Below are positions 22,811-35,661 of a stretch of DNA of 49,309 bases, in pieces. Both the position numbers and the translations under genes were made by a program. The notes beneath the pieces are model-generated. The model searched no databases, was not told the origin of the DNA, and saw nothing but the letters and a program-made list of their open reading frames with translations. How positions within the stretch are numbered: position 1 is the stretch's first letter; the number at the start of each line of letters is the position of its first letter. Source of the stretch: Perkinsus chesapeaki ATCC PRA-425 (lineage: Eukaryota > Protista > Perkinsozoa); contig JAAPAO010000232.1 in NCBI GenBank assembly GCA_013115145.1, positions 1 through 49,309 on the forward strand. Direction: 5' to 3'.

Positions 22811-24016
22811 TCACCATATTCTCACCTTCCATATCAGAGCCATGTCTTGAGGTCTCTTCCTCCGTTGTCGGGTACTTGGAGCTGGTTTCCTTGGTTCCAT
22901 CGAAAGATACATCATCATGGTTTCGAGATTAATATATGTATAGTAAGCACGGAAGAATGGGTGTCCCATACAGTACAGTGGTCTATCCTCTTGGACAACT
23001 AGGATGTCCAACATACACTGTGTACTGTAGCAAGTACGCAAGTAATCACCCGGTCGGATTCTAACAGGGAAAGGAAAACCGTTGGGACCATCAACAAAAT
23101 CAAAGCCTAATGTAGGAAGGTGGCGAAAAGCCCATAATTGCACCCAAACAGCACCACGCTCGTCAATAAATGCTGCTTCCTCCGTAGAAGTCGGGCTTTT
23201 CGCCTTCAGCACGTCGCAGAATCTGTAGTACTCATTAATAGTTAAATCGATAGACGTCGTTCCCGTGTCTATAAGAACATTCATGGGATCCTCCTCATGT
23301 AGATGTATGTCACGAGTGTGACCATGGATCAGAGAGTTCCCGTCGTGTCCAAACAAGTATAGGCTACTTCTGTGCGTAGTTAAATATTCAAGATCAGGGC
23401 GACGCGTTAAATTGATTCTATTGAGCTCTGCGACATCTTCTTTAGAATGGCCAAGGAAAACCGAGCCTTTCTTTTGGCTGGTAAGTGGTGCCATGTCAAC
23501 AGTATAAGACGTTTCATTGATGACCCTGAACGTCCTCAGCTGATTAATGAACGTATCCTCTTCGCCCAGAGACAGGCCCAGGACTCCCTTTGGGGCTTCG
23601 CCCCTGACTGGACTGCATGCTTCGACTATCAAACCAAACTTCATACCGGGTATGGTCAGGTCACCAAGCGAGAGAGCTGCCACGTGGTCGACGTAATGGA
23701 AGCAATCTTCATCATAATACGAGGTTGTTTTCGGTTTTTTATCTAGGATATCATCACACGGAGCTGATTTGGTGCAAAAGTAGCACCCGTCAGCTAAACC
23801 CTTGCATGATCCTTTACCATGCTTTTTCTCGTAAGCATCGCCAGACATAACATACCATCCAGGGGAACCAGAGTCTAACGTTAGCTTAACGGTTTGACCA
23901 TCTAGTACTATCACCGCGCTGTCATAGTCCAATTCAAGAGAAAAGCGGTCCAGATTACCATATGATTTTAGCGGGTAAACGGCGAATAAATAAGCCAGGA
24001 TGTATGGTATTGCCAT
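22811..24016 (-). CDS. Pepsin-like (A1) aspartic protease, intronless, with predicted signal peptide
   Basis: Two catalytic motifs LTLDSGS and VLIDTGT, GVLGLS hydrophobic-Gly motif, C-terminal MGHPFFRAYYTYIN; N-terminus MAIPYILAYLFAV. Confidence 0.88.
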   Translation of the reverse strand: MAIPYILAYLFAVYPLKSYGNLDRFSLELDYDSAVIVLDGQTVKLTLDSGSPGWYVMSGDAYEKKHGKGSCKGLADGCYFCTKSAPCDDILDKKPKTTSYYDEDCFHYVDHVAALSLGDLTIPGMKFGLIVEACSPVRGEAPKGVLGLSLGEEDTFINQLRTFRVINETSYTVDMAPLTSQKKGSVFLGHSKEDVAELNRINLTRRPDLEYLTTHRSSLYLFGHDGNSLIHGHTRDIHLHEEDPMNVLIDTGTTSIDLTINEYYRFCDVLKAKSPTSTEEAAFIDERGAVWVQLWAFRHLPTLGFDFVDGPNGFPFPVRIRPGDYLRTCYSTQCMLDILVVQEDRPLYCMGHPFFRAYYTYINLETMMMYLSMEPRKPAPSTRQRRKRPQDMALIWKVRIW

Positions 24017-24731
24017 GCTATCGAGAATGCAATGCAATCTGTTACTGGAAGAGACCGCTAGTGGAAACCCGCGAGAGCTCGAAAATTGAGGAGACGGAGC
24101 TCGCCCGCCGCGTGTCGCTGTAGCTAGGCGGGAATCCAGTGACTGGATGCAAGTGCGCGCCATCGACGCGGACCGGATCAAGGCTCTCCATATGCAGGAC
24201 CTAGGAGCACCAGGATGGCCTTTAGAATTTTCCTGGAATTTACTCCGTCTTTCGGGTCTTCTGAAGTCCCTAGGCTCCTGGGAGTGATGAAGCCCTATCT
24301 TTATCAGTCATGCACACGAAGTGTTTCGGTCATCGTGATTCACGAATTTGAAGCTGAATACTTCGACCAGTTTAACCGGTCACGTAGTAGACAAAATTCC
24401 TCTGAGGAATAGGGATCGCCGACACTGCATCTCGTGAGCATCTCAAAAGTGAAAGCTGGTCCGAAGGTATTGAAAAATCGACGGACAACAAACACAGAGA
24501 ACTCCGTCGCATGCGTTCATGGCATATTACAAATAGTGAGATTCACGTGGAGCAAGAAAGATATGGATGTAGAGAACCCCCACACGGAGGGGATCTGGTC
24601 CCTGATAAAAGCACCATCATACCAGGCATATGGCCCCATGAGGGTGGATCTTCCGGGAAGATCTTGGGAAGATTCTTCCCAGGTTGGAAAGGGAGAAGAA
24701 AAGAGGTTAAAAGAGATGTGGAGAGCCTTAC

Positions 24732-24776
24732 GTGAGAACCAAACAACTAACCGGCGGTTAGTTGTTTGGTTATCAC
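24732..24776. repeat. Near-perfect inverted repeat with 17-bp arms and a 1-nt spacer
   Basis: AACCAAACAACTAACCG-G-CGGTTAGTTGTTTGGTT at 24737-24771, extended by GTGA/TCAC across one mismatch. Confidence 0.9.
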
Positions 24777-25129
24777 GGCGGTTAGTAACCACCGATTCAG
24801 AGCCCAGTGAGTCACTGGCAGTGGACCGGTGGATCTACATTAGCTGAGTAAAGATGCTTTTGAACCGGAGGTCTCTGAACCTTGACGCCCCGCAACGTTG
24901 ATAGAAGGCTGAGGAACGGTTCCTCGGGAACCCATACTACTGATGTCTATGTGACTTGTGTAGTCCGCTCGCTATACTGTGACGAGAAGGTCTGTTTATA
25001 CCAACGACTCTGTTTTACCAAGTACTGGCCTTCGCCTTGACCTTCATCTCTTTTTATATGGTTGACGCTGCTCGTAATGTATAATTAGCGTGAAGCCTAA
25101 CGAACCATTACGAGTCGTAAGAGTCTCTC

Positions 25130-25854
25130 ATCTGCTACTCCCCTCCTCAAGGATCCAGAGTTCACATATTCCACCGCGTTCTTTCGTATCATGGATATTG
25201 TGTTCATGTTGGATCATGTCATGGACATGGTCTTCATGGGAATACTTGGTGATATCTACAACCCTCGAGTCATTAAACTCTGCACTGCTATTCTAGTAGC
25301 ATCGGTTCAGTGTACATTCGATTTGCGTGTTGTCTTTTTTACTTTACCTGTACTCAAGTTGAGTAACTCAACTATTCTTTTACTATGTCGTCAACGCATG
25401 CAACGAAATTTCTCAATCAGTTGTACGGCCAGTGCTTGCTCAGGTTATGAGAAGTTATCTTGGACCTTCCCACTGAGTGGGCCCCACTACGGTATCATTT
25501 GTAGTAGTCTTTGGACGTCGGTTACATAATGACTTTGGCTTTATTAACGATAGCTTTTTTCAGCGACGATAGATAAATGGTGATCGCGATGACACTCATC
25601 ACACCAACAGTAGTATTTGTCATCATGAGGGTAGTTACCTCCTAAAGACCCTCGAGAAGGCCCCTGCACGATAACGTATGAGAATTATACCACAGAGTCG
25701 AAGTCCGTATTGTGTATTGTCTGGATATGTTTTAACGTATACGTTGGCATCTTGCGCCCAGTACATGTGTCTTGCGCTGCGTGACATGTCTAACTGAACT
25801 CGACACTTCTCCATCATGAGTCGTAATAATCAATTCATACGATTTGGCTTTCAT
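25130..25854 (-). CDS. Possible multi-exon His-rich protein of unknown function
   Basis: Minus-strand exon-like frames MKAKSYELIITTHDGEV..., YYCWCDECHRDHH and YSHEDHVHDMIQHEHNIHD; splice model not resolved. Confidence 0.3.
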
Positions 25855-25885
25855 GCATAACACATACAATATAATGGAACGCTAA

Positions 25886-28800
25886 CTACATAACGGTCTC
25901 GAACAAACCACTAGGAAGCTTCTTGTCAGATATCTCATAGAGCTTTAACTGCTTGCACACAACACCCTGCTGGCTGCTGAGCGCGAGTGACTTGTCTGCC
26001 AAAACGAAGGTGCGCTGCACTATATCCTGACGCGTTTTCAATTGCTTACTAGAATCATCGGGTACGAGGATTTCTATAGCTTTATGGAAGCGGAATCTGT
26101 GTTTGCCGGGGAAGTGGTGTGTGAGGTACCTTACAAGGATGCATATACCTCAGTTGGACACCCATAGAGAAAAGTATCTTGAAAATACCCTTCAAATGCT
26201 GAATGTTTTATTTAAGGTAACTAATGATTAATAACTGATTATCAAACTTCCCACTGATAACATATCGTAGGCGAAATTGATGTCGCACAGAGTTACAAGC
26301 GAGAAGTTCCGGCAATACTGAGCTACGCCGATTACTTCGAAAAGAGTTTATCGAAATAAAACGGAATACAACAACTATACAAGGGAAGAGCTTCTAGTCG
26401 AAGAAGAGCGGTTGCAGGAGGCTAGGGGATGCTCATCTAAAAATACCCACCCTCTCAATGAACTCGATGCGACTATCTTCCCAGGGAGACCTGCTGCCTC
26501 TACTTGATTCGCAATCATAACGTCAACCCCAAAGATGTCATAATTGATCTTGGTTGTTGCTGAAAACGACCAAACGTTGGCTGAGCGTTTGCAGAGTTAA
26601 TGTACCAATGACGCCACCGACGAACTTTCCTATATGTAAACCGATCCTCATCTCTAGATTCGGTGCGGCCATCTCGGTACGCACAGTTAGTAGAGCTTCG
26701 ATCATGGCGCGCGCGAACGCCACCATGTGGTCAGCTGACTGGACCTGTGGGCCGAGAACTCGAACCTTTGGGATAAGGCCATGTATATCGCAACGTTAAA
26801 TGTGGAACAGCTGTTCCACAGGAGTTTCATAGGACCCAACGGTTTAAGTACTTTGTCGACATCCTTTTTGGGCACGGTGCTCGCCACATAAGCATCTCCG
26901 ATTGTATGCACCTGATACTGGGATATCGCATTGTGAAGTACCGTCCGTGACCAAGATAGAATGCAGCAGAAGTACTCCTACTGAGTAACAAGCTGGGTAC
27001 CAGCCTGTCACAGGGTCCCTGTGTCCCACATGCTTACTTTATAAATCCCGTAGGAGTCCGATAAGTGATCGAACCGTGAGAACAGGTCAGTAAGCAGGGA
27101 TACGACCCGCTCCGCCGGTTCGTGTGTCGCAAATGCTGTATAGTTGCAAATATCAGCAAACATTATGGTCATATTTTTGAACAGTGATGCTGTATGCTTA
27201 TCAGCCAGGTAATCTTCAAGTGCCTGAGGGAAGTTCGAGTACTGTGGCTGCTTATACGTGCTCTCATTCTCAAACCTACAGACGGTGGCATGAATTCGGA
27301 TAATAACCTCTGGGCTCGCTTCTGCCATCTGTGAAGTGCGATATCTGCCAAGTAGATCCTCCTCTCCCAGGATTCCATCATCCTCGCCATGAGAAGATTG
27401 ACCAGGCCGAATGGAAGTAGAAAGAAGGAAACCTGCTGTGCAATACACGAGACGCGGCAAATTTGGTAGCACTACCCTGAGGGTAACATCTGGATCAATA
27501 CGATCACCGTAGTTCCAGAGTGTCATTACGGTGGTTAACACTAGTATATTGGTGAAGAACAGGTGCTTGAAAAGCATACCCGCATTGAAGTTTATGATAG
27601 TTATCCAAACGGACAACTCCAGGCAACTGGTGACTAAATGGTACCTAAACATAGCCTCTTGATACATCGACATGACTCCTTTTATTACGAGGCGTCGGGT
27701 GGCAGTTGACTATTCGCCGACGCGCTCGAATGTGGATTAGTTGGTTCGTTTTCATCCAGGAATAAAAAGACCCACGCCATGGTTACTCCGGTACCCAGTA
27801 CATAGACTCCAACCGTAGCTAATCGAAGGATAGAGGCAGGAACGATGCCCCGCGCGGTATACAGGGCGTAGAGGACCAACAGTAGGGCAGACAACACCAG
27901 ACGCGTACCCAACACGCGAGGCAGCAGAACTGGAGGTTGTTGAGAGACAGCGGCAAGTTCGATTGTATGAACCAAGTAAGTTATCAGGAGAATCAGCAGT
28001 AGCGTTTTACTACGGGTGGAAGCAATGAATCCACGAAGACGCTGGGCGCGAAACGTAGACTCGTCGGCAGCATGACGAAACTCCAGTGTAACAACATTTA
28101 CTTTATCCCAGTCCAACTTTGTCTGCCCAACGGAGGATTCTTTGATGATTCCCTGATTGCCACTGTGTCGTCTCAGCGTTTCGACCGCCTGCATGAGATC
28201 ACGAGACTTGTCCAGTCCCATTGGAACACCGCCACGAAGTTTGTGCTGTGAAGGTGGCGCGGGTGCCAAGTTGTCAGCGCTGCCTGATAAGCCTTCAGTG
28301 CGATCGCGCTCGACTGAGAACCGCTTGAGTACAGTAACCAGGTTCTTCACGGGTGCTGAAAAGCTACGTATAGAAGAGGCTCCGGTACTCGCTTGAGATG
28401 GCCGCCGAAACGGTTCTACTCTGCCCGTCTTCTCAGCAGTGTCTCCTGATGCCCTAGCCCTCGCCGATGCCCTAGGAGACATCACTCCTGCATCCATCGA
28501 ATGTGGGGAGCCAATCACACGCGTCACATCGTAAGTAATCATCATCCCTTTCCCTTTCACGGAGGTCGCACGCTGGTTAAAGTGGAGGCTTGACGAGAGC
28601 TCTAAGAGCTCCCGTGTGTTTGCTGAGATATGAACCCGCCCAGGGTTCGCGGTGGATTTCATCCGAGAGGCAGTATTGATAGTGTCACCGAATATGCAAA
28701 ATTGCGGTCTTTTCGATCCTACGACACCAGAAATTACGGGACCAGTGTGAATGCCGATCTTCATAACCAAAGCGATCGAAGTCTCCTCAGAGACTCCATC

Positions 28801-31800
28801 GACTGCTGGACCGCCTAAGACATTTGTGTAAGCCGTATTCTCTAGTATGTCGAGACCCAGGAGAACGGCACGGAAAGCATCTGTTGATACTTCTTTTTCA
28901 GATGCGTTAGTGTCCGGATTCAACCCACTGCATACAACGTATGACTCCGAAACCGTTTCAAGCTTAGTCAAGGCGTGGATAAACACCAGCCTGTCAATGC
29001 TGCTGAACAACGTATGCATCATTGTGATCAGCTGCTTCGGATCCAGTACGGCAACAAGCTGGGGGAAACCAGCGATATCACAAAACAGCACAGTTGCGTC
29101 ACCACAGTGGCGAGCAAACGTTCCGATCTCCAAAACAGATCCGGACTTGGAATTGTCCCCTAGAGCAGTCCTCCTCGACCGAGTCAGTTGAGGTCGAGAC
29201 TTGGGTTCAGGTAGAGGCACAATATCTTGGTTATTTTCGATAATAGATTTGACAACAAACGTAGGAAGCATGTTATTAAGAACTTCCTTACTCCTCGCCT
29301 GCTCCAGACTTGAATTCATCGAGACTAAGTAATGGCTCCTCAGATCGAGCTCGGTCTGATAGCCAATAGTCGCGCTGATCGCTGTCAATCCAAGGACCAT
29401 TGGGAGGTAATCCATGAGCTGGCAAAAGCTATTCAAGTCGACTCCACATGACCGGGAATAAATAATTTCAATACCATCACCTCGATGTATGTTTACCCGG
29501 CGTAGTAGATGCAAGCAAATAAAAAAGATGCAGTGTACAGATGATATAGCGAGAGCCTTGGGAAAAGGAATACGGATAACAATGAAGATGAGAAAGGGAA
29601 TGCAGGGAACCATGTGAGCATCGTCCATTTCAGTTACACTCCTCCTGATGTAAAAGATCAAAATGGGTACCAACGCCGTGAATATCGTGATTCCGGTATA
29701 ATGCCTACAATAGAAGTACGTCTTCGTTGCTCTATATATGATACCACCAGATATCAGTATAAATAGCTGTACCGCTAGGCGGCCGATTGTAAGGGAATCT
29801 TGTACGAGGTCTTGTAGAAGCCAGAGAACAAATACAGGGAGTATGATGCAACGGATGAAGGCCTGCATCTGTTTTACTGCTTCCGTATGTGCATGGATAA
29901 CAAATCGGGATTCCGTAGCCAAGTTCTTGAATTCAAGCGTTCTGGGATTGACCTGCATCATCGTCTGCTGCGCAGCAATCTCATTAGTGGTTAAGGAACC
30001 CTCCGAGACAAACCGACTTCTTCGTAAGACGGTCCGACGGAACCTTAAGGTGTTCGAAACTATCTTGCGTACAGGAATTCGTCGAGTCCAACTGAATAGA
30101 TATTCATCATCATCGTCACTTTGGGCTCGAGCAACGACGTCAAGACTACTAGCCCCGCTATTTGCAGGGGACGACGTTGCCTGATGATAACGCTCTTTGA
30201 ATTCTTGAACGATGTGCGCAACGCCTCTTCTAGTCCACGCGTGGGGAACAGTTGCAAGCCAGCGTTGCAGTTTCACCACTGGTGTTGCAGGTATCCAGCA
30301 GAATATGCACGAGCGGGATGCCATGCCAGAAACTACGCCTACTCCCAACGAAAATAGGAGAAGGATCCAGGTTAGGGCATAACCAGTAGCGAGTAACTGC
30401 GCCAAATTTGAAGCATCCACCATCGGACGTCTGACATAAATATACACACTGAGTAGAGGTGCGAATGCAACCACAGACAAGATACAACAAAGCAGGAATG
30501 CGGCGGTCGTCTGATTGCAGAAAACCAGAAGTGTAACATTTGCCACAATGATCACCGAGTAGTACACAAGGGTGCCGATGTAGGCATACCCTACAACCTT
30601 TCCATTGGAAGTTAAAGAGAAGGAATATCTCATACTTACTGAGGCCGCGAAGTACGTGAACCCTGCGTAGAATGCTGCCCTTACCATCCAAGCAATGAAT
30701 TTACGAGCATTGAATGAAATGGATCGGCGTCCTTCTATGTAAACCAAAGGGCAGTGCAGACAGAGCCAACGCGGAAGTGTGATATCTGTTGCCCCTAAAA
30801 GTATGATGGGCATGGATGTCCAAAGGACATTGTAAGACATTAGGATCCAGGACTCGTACAGCGAGGTGCCTGTGTAGGCATTGGACATGGCAAAATAGAC
30901 GTTCGGGAGGATGAGATAAATGTTCTTGAAAAACGAATACAGTATCACCAATGAAATTCGGTTATAGCAGTCTCGACCATGTACTAGCAGCAACTCCCCC
31001 AAATGGTAGAAGGTTGCCAGCGAGTAATCGGACGCCCTTACAGCTTGCATGCCCTCGCTGCCTATGATTCCTACGCCTATGTCAGCGATCTTGAGCATAG
31101 GGACATCATTCGCACCATCACCGATAGTCAATATCGTGCAAGAGCCGGTTTTCTTTACAAGCTGAGCGAGTAATGCCTTCTGTGCAGGCGATGTACGACA
31201 CGCAACAACGCGTTCTGCACGAATTAATATATTTGCCAAAGTTGCCAAATTCCTCCTGGAAGTTGCGAAATATACAAGCACTGGACCGTCTAAAACGATA
31301 CAAGGGGACTTCGCCACCTCATCTGATATCTCCCCGTGCATGAATTTCTGGAACTCTGATCTTTTTGCATCTACAATGTCGTCCGGAGTGGCTTCTGATG
31401 ATGTGCACTCCGGCTGGTGACTCAGATTCAACAGACGTGGTTCCTCAGGGAAGATCCCCGTACTCCGAGCAATATTCAGGGCCGTCTCATATCGATCACC
31501 GGTCAGCATCCAGACTTTGACGCCAGCGCTCAGTAGTCGAGAGACTGTAGCGAGTACGCCGCCTTGCACTTTATCTTCAACTGCTGTGGCGCCGATAACG
31601 ATTAGGTCCCTCTCGAACTTCTCGGCAATCCGTGCGAGTCGATTTGCGCGGTTCGTTATGGAGTGCCTCGCTTCTTTGGCACTTTCGAGATACTCGGTGG
31701 TCTCATCCACGCTGAGATGGCGCGCAGCGATCATGAGTGTCCGATGACCCATTGAGGCGAAATCCTCAATATGCAAGACGGTTGTGTCGGCTACATCTTC

Positions 31801-34800
31801 AACTGTAACGCCACATAGCTCGGCGAATGGAGCCTCATCGTCACTTTTCCGACGGAGGCCGAGTATGACATCGTCTGCTCCCTTGACAAGGAGTAAAGAT
31901 CCTTCACTTTCAGGAACGTAAGTCGTGTCGCCGTTTTCAGCCTCGACGACTTGTAGTGGTTGCACGAGTACACTCATCCGCTTCCTATCGCTTGTGAACT
32001 CATTAATACCAATCACCTTGAAAACGGTCTCACTCCATTGCCGATCAATTTCCGAGTCGTGCCTAGACACGAGTCGTCTGGATACCCTCAGCGTAATAAA
32101 ATTATTCCCTCTGTCAACCAATATGTACCCAAAACTGGCAGCCATTTCAACCAGGGCTTCTTCATCTGGACTAGCGCCTTGAAAACGAATGCCAAAGGGA
32201 GAGTCCGTCGATGGCTCCGCGATGACCGTGTTGCACAGAGCACACGTCAGCATGAACACGTGCGCGAAAGCATGGTCTTGAGTCACGATTACTGGTACCC
32301 CAAGTAGATCGAGAAGAGCCTCATCACGCATACAGCTTTTTTCCGCGGCGGAAAAAGTAAGACTGGTTTTGAGCGAGCTAGTGAGAGATGTGATAGCTCG
32401 TGAATCAATCATGGAATCGGTATTTCCAAACTGGGTCCCGCCCACACTGCACATTCGGAATAGCATGCAGTTTTCAGTGAGTGTACCGGTTTTATCGGCT
32501 AGGACATAATCAACCCGACCAAGATCATCATTCAGGTTCGAAGCACTGACGATAACCGATTGATCTCCCCGCCTCAAATGAACGTCCCGTTGGGTGAGAT
32601 ACGCCTGATCCTCGAGTGGTAGGGTATGTGGGGTAGGTCACGTTACTAACCTGTATGGATCTAACTATGTCAACTGTTACATACAGTGATATGGGTATCA
32701 TGTTGTTGAAGAGAATAAGGAAGGTCAGAAACTGTCGTCCCTGGCAAGCGCTGGACTGGTGCACGTTGGTTGCTATAGTATTCGCTACCAGTGACACTTT
32801 GTCTCCATCTAATCCGACAAAACTTTCGAACTCTTCCCTCGTTTCGGATGTGCACGCGAAAGCCATCATGAGCGCCAATGATAGCGTGAACATGAGACCG
32901 CAAACGAACACCAGGTATCTGAGGCCATGGTCAGGTTGTACAACTTTCCGTGTGCTTGTTGATCGAGTCAGCCAGCTACCTTATTAGCAGCCACTGGCAG
33001 AGCTAGCTAGTAGCTATTGACCGCTAGTGACCAACGACAAGATTGCCAGACAAGGAATGAACTTCAAAATGGAAGCACGACATCTATCACGCTCCACCCT
33101 CAAATTTCGTTACATTCGACGCCTCTCGCTATGATTCAAGTAACTTGAATTCTATGCCACAAATATCCAGTGTATTTGAAAAACTTTCGATTCTCGACAC
33201 ACCTGAAACTCAATTCCGTCCCGAAGACACGACAGCTCAGGCGGTTTTGGCCAGTAGAATTTTATGAGTCCTATCTAACCAATAGCCAGATTGCCTACGC
33301 CCGACGGAGTCCGGCTCGAAGGACTTTAAGATTTAACTGCTCCCTTGGGGTTGAGGTTCTCAGTCCCCTTTCGTCACGGTCATACGACCGACGCCCGCTT
33401 GACGGACGCGCACTGCCCAGTGCGCGCCGGCGATAGAAGCTGCTCTGAATTTCTATCACTTCTTACCTGTTGATTTGCTGTTCTACTCTAGACCTCTTCA
33501 TCGGTGGGTTGGCCGTCATATTCATAGCTATCTTAGTGTCTCGTCCAACGTAGACAACGACACCACAGCACCATTTGATATTGCTAACTGTCGAACCACG
33601 AAGCACCTGAGTACGCGGCGGACTAGTTGAGCACATTCCCGCTGAGGACTTACCAGATTTTGCGCACTAGCGGGCTCTCTGAGGCCGCCGTCGAGTCGGA
33701 ATAGACCGTTAAACTCGTTGATAAACCCGTTCGGCGCGTCGCAGGTCATCGATCCGACGCATTCAGATACCAGAGGAAGGGAACGGAACATCCGCCTAAG
33801 TGTTATCGCGTACAAAGATTCCACACATTTTCACACCTACCGTGCTTCAGGAAGAGCCTGCTTCACCTTCAGTGCTGATTCACCATCCAACTGACTCGTT
33901 TCGACGTAGACCACTCCGTCAGAGTTACTAGATGCCACCAACAGTATATCGGCCTGCGTCGGTCCATGGGTAAGCTGTCATTCTCGATAACCCACCGGCA
34001 CTGGTTCGCCCCTGCTGAGGTAGACGATGGAGCCAGCTGTGACGTTCTCCCATGGCATCAGCTCAAGACCTAAAACTCGTCTAGCAATAACTGTTGCAAA
34101 GTGTATCGATTCACCTCCAATATCCTGGCCATCGTCATCAGTTGCCTTGACTACCACTCGACATAGCCGTTTGTTAACCTTGTAACAGCCACACATCTCT
34201 ATAGCTAGGCAAGTGGAAGGCAGAGCAGCGAAAGCCCTCTATGTACTGTGAGCACCACCTTAGTGTCATTTCTATAGCGTCGGTAATCTTCTATCCCATC
34301 CTTGGCCATGGTCACACCAAGGACCAGCACGAGCGGTGCTATCGTGGCCCACTTCGATGTTGGGCTCAAATCAAATGGCAGCATCTGGCATATACCTGAG
34401 ATTTCCTCCGGTTGGTGATGATGATGATGGTGACTCACCAACTAGCAGAAACCATACGTTCGCAACACGATGGAATTGCTCCCAAAGGTTCACTGGTACA
34501 AATGACCACAGGTGGTACTTGGTCGAGGATATCTACAACGAGGTAATAGCGTCGTGCCGATTGCCTCTGGTATTCGTTATGGAAATATCCGATGCTTTTG
34601 AGAGAACTGCCTAAGACTACGTAACACGAGGACCTTGCGGTGTTGGCAGCAGTTTCCTACTCTGTTGTGAAAGTCCGTTCGATGTTGTGCGGATGTCAGA
34701 CAGAACAAGCCCAATCTGTAAAGGCACAAAAATGGCTGATGTTGTGATGTTTAGTTTAAGTACTCTTCGGCCACGGTGGCGTCTGGATCACTGGCGGTGA

Positions 34801-35351
34801 GCTCCGATAATGTACGATTGTTCTGTACGTGGAACTCGGCGGGTGCGTCCGATACGTACGGTCGAAAGGACAACTGTATGCTCTCGTTGCTGCTGCTTGA
34901 TGATGGTTGGATGGAATTCCTCAGACTGTAATCGCCGTTGGCTATATCGGAGAAGTCCGAAGGGAAATCATCTTCGGAGAAATCGAACGGTGTCACTTGT
35001 GAGCTGGAAGAGCTCCTGAGATGACGATCGACGTTGATCATCGGGTCACTACGAGTCACCTCCCTCGAAGGAAATTGGGGATGACTTCCCGAGCGATTTC
35101 CTTTGCTCTGGCCAGCCCCCTGGTGCTCTGAGTCTGCAACCGTGGTCGGAGGCGCTCTGAGGCTCCGGAGCTAACTCAGATGGCGGAACTCCATCTCTAC
35201 CGTTAACGGCCGCAACTTGAGGAGTGAAGCTTCCCGCTGTGGCGCGATGCTGAAGCCTTCGAGCTCTCGATGGCTCTGAACCAGAACGGGCCAAAGACTG
35301 GTCGGGGAAAACACCAGCGAACGGCGAATGGTCATCGGGAGAAGTGGACAT
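25886..35351 (-). CDS. P4-type ATPase / guanylyl cyclase fusion protein (alveolate GC-alpha-like), multi-exon
   Basis: P4-ATPase motifs [55 protein letters not shown]; then TM blocks and two cyclase domains (FCDI...KLETVSESY...[17 protein letters not shown] and FADI...[10 protein letters not shown]...MRIGLHIG...YDIFGVDV). Last exon ends FETVM* at 25886. Confidence 0.93.
26811..26830. repeat. Perfect 20-bp palindrome in a guanylyl-cyclase intron
   Basis: TGTGGAACAGCTGTTCCACA is its own reverse complement; lies in the intron spanning about 26850-26747. Confidence 0.9.
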
Positions 35352-35661
35352 CAGTTCTACAGTTCAGCACACTTAAAGCGAGATGAAGCTCAGAGATACG
35401 CGGTGAAATTGCAATGATCCTCCAGACACTCCTCGGATGTATCACAGTTACCAAAAAAATCCCACCCCCTCGGCAAAGCTATTATCCGCAGCTGTTCACT
35501 AATTAACACAACACTTTCTGACACCTCTAGCCATCATCAGCTCCGATCCTACTTGACAAGGATGACAAGTAGGAATGGCTCTGCATAAGCATTGTAGTAA
35601 TGGTAGCTCATCACCGTGGTGGTTGTTGAAGTAGTAGGCAAAACAAGCTGCTCAACACTCC

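Noticed and set aside
26290-26332. A-box-like GGCGTAGCTCAG on the minus strand in the last cyclase intron, a possible tRNA 5' half
   Set aside because: No D-stem closure or paired anticodon stem; too weak to support a split-tRNA model.
28157-32987. Numerous short plus-strand ORFs opposite the cyclase gene, and similar shadow ORFs opposite the hydrolases
   Set aside because: Antisense shadows of long coding frames, with no motifs or independent support.
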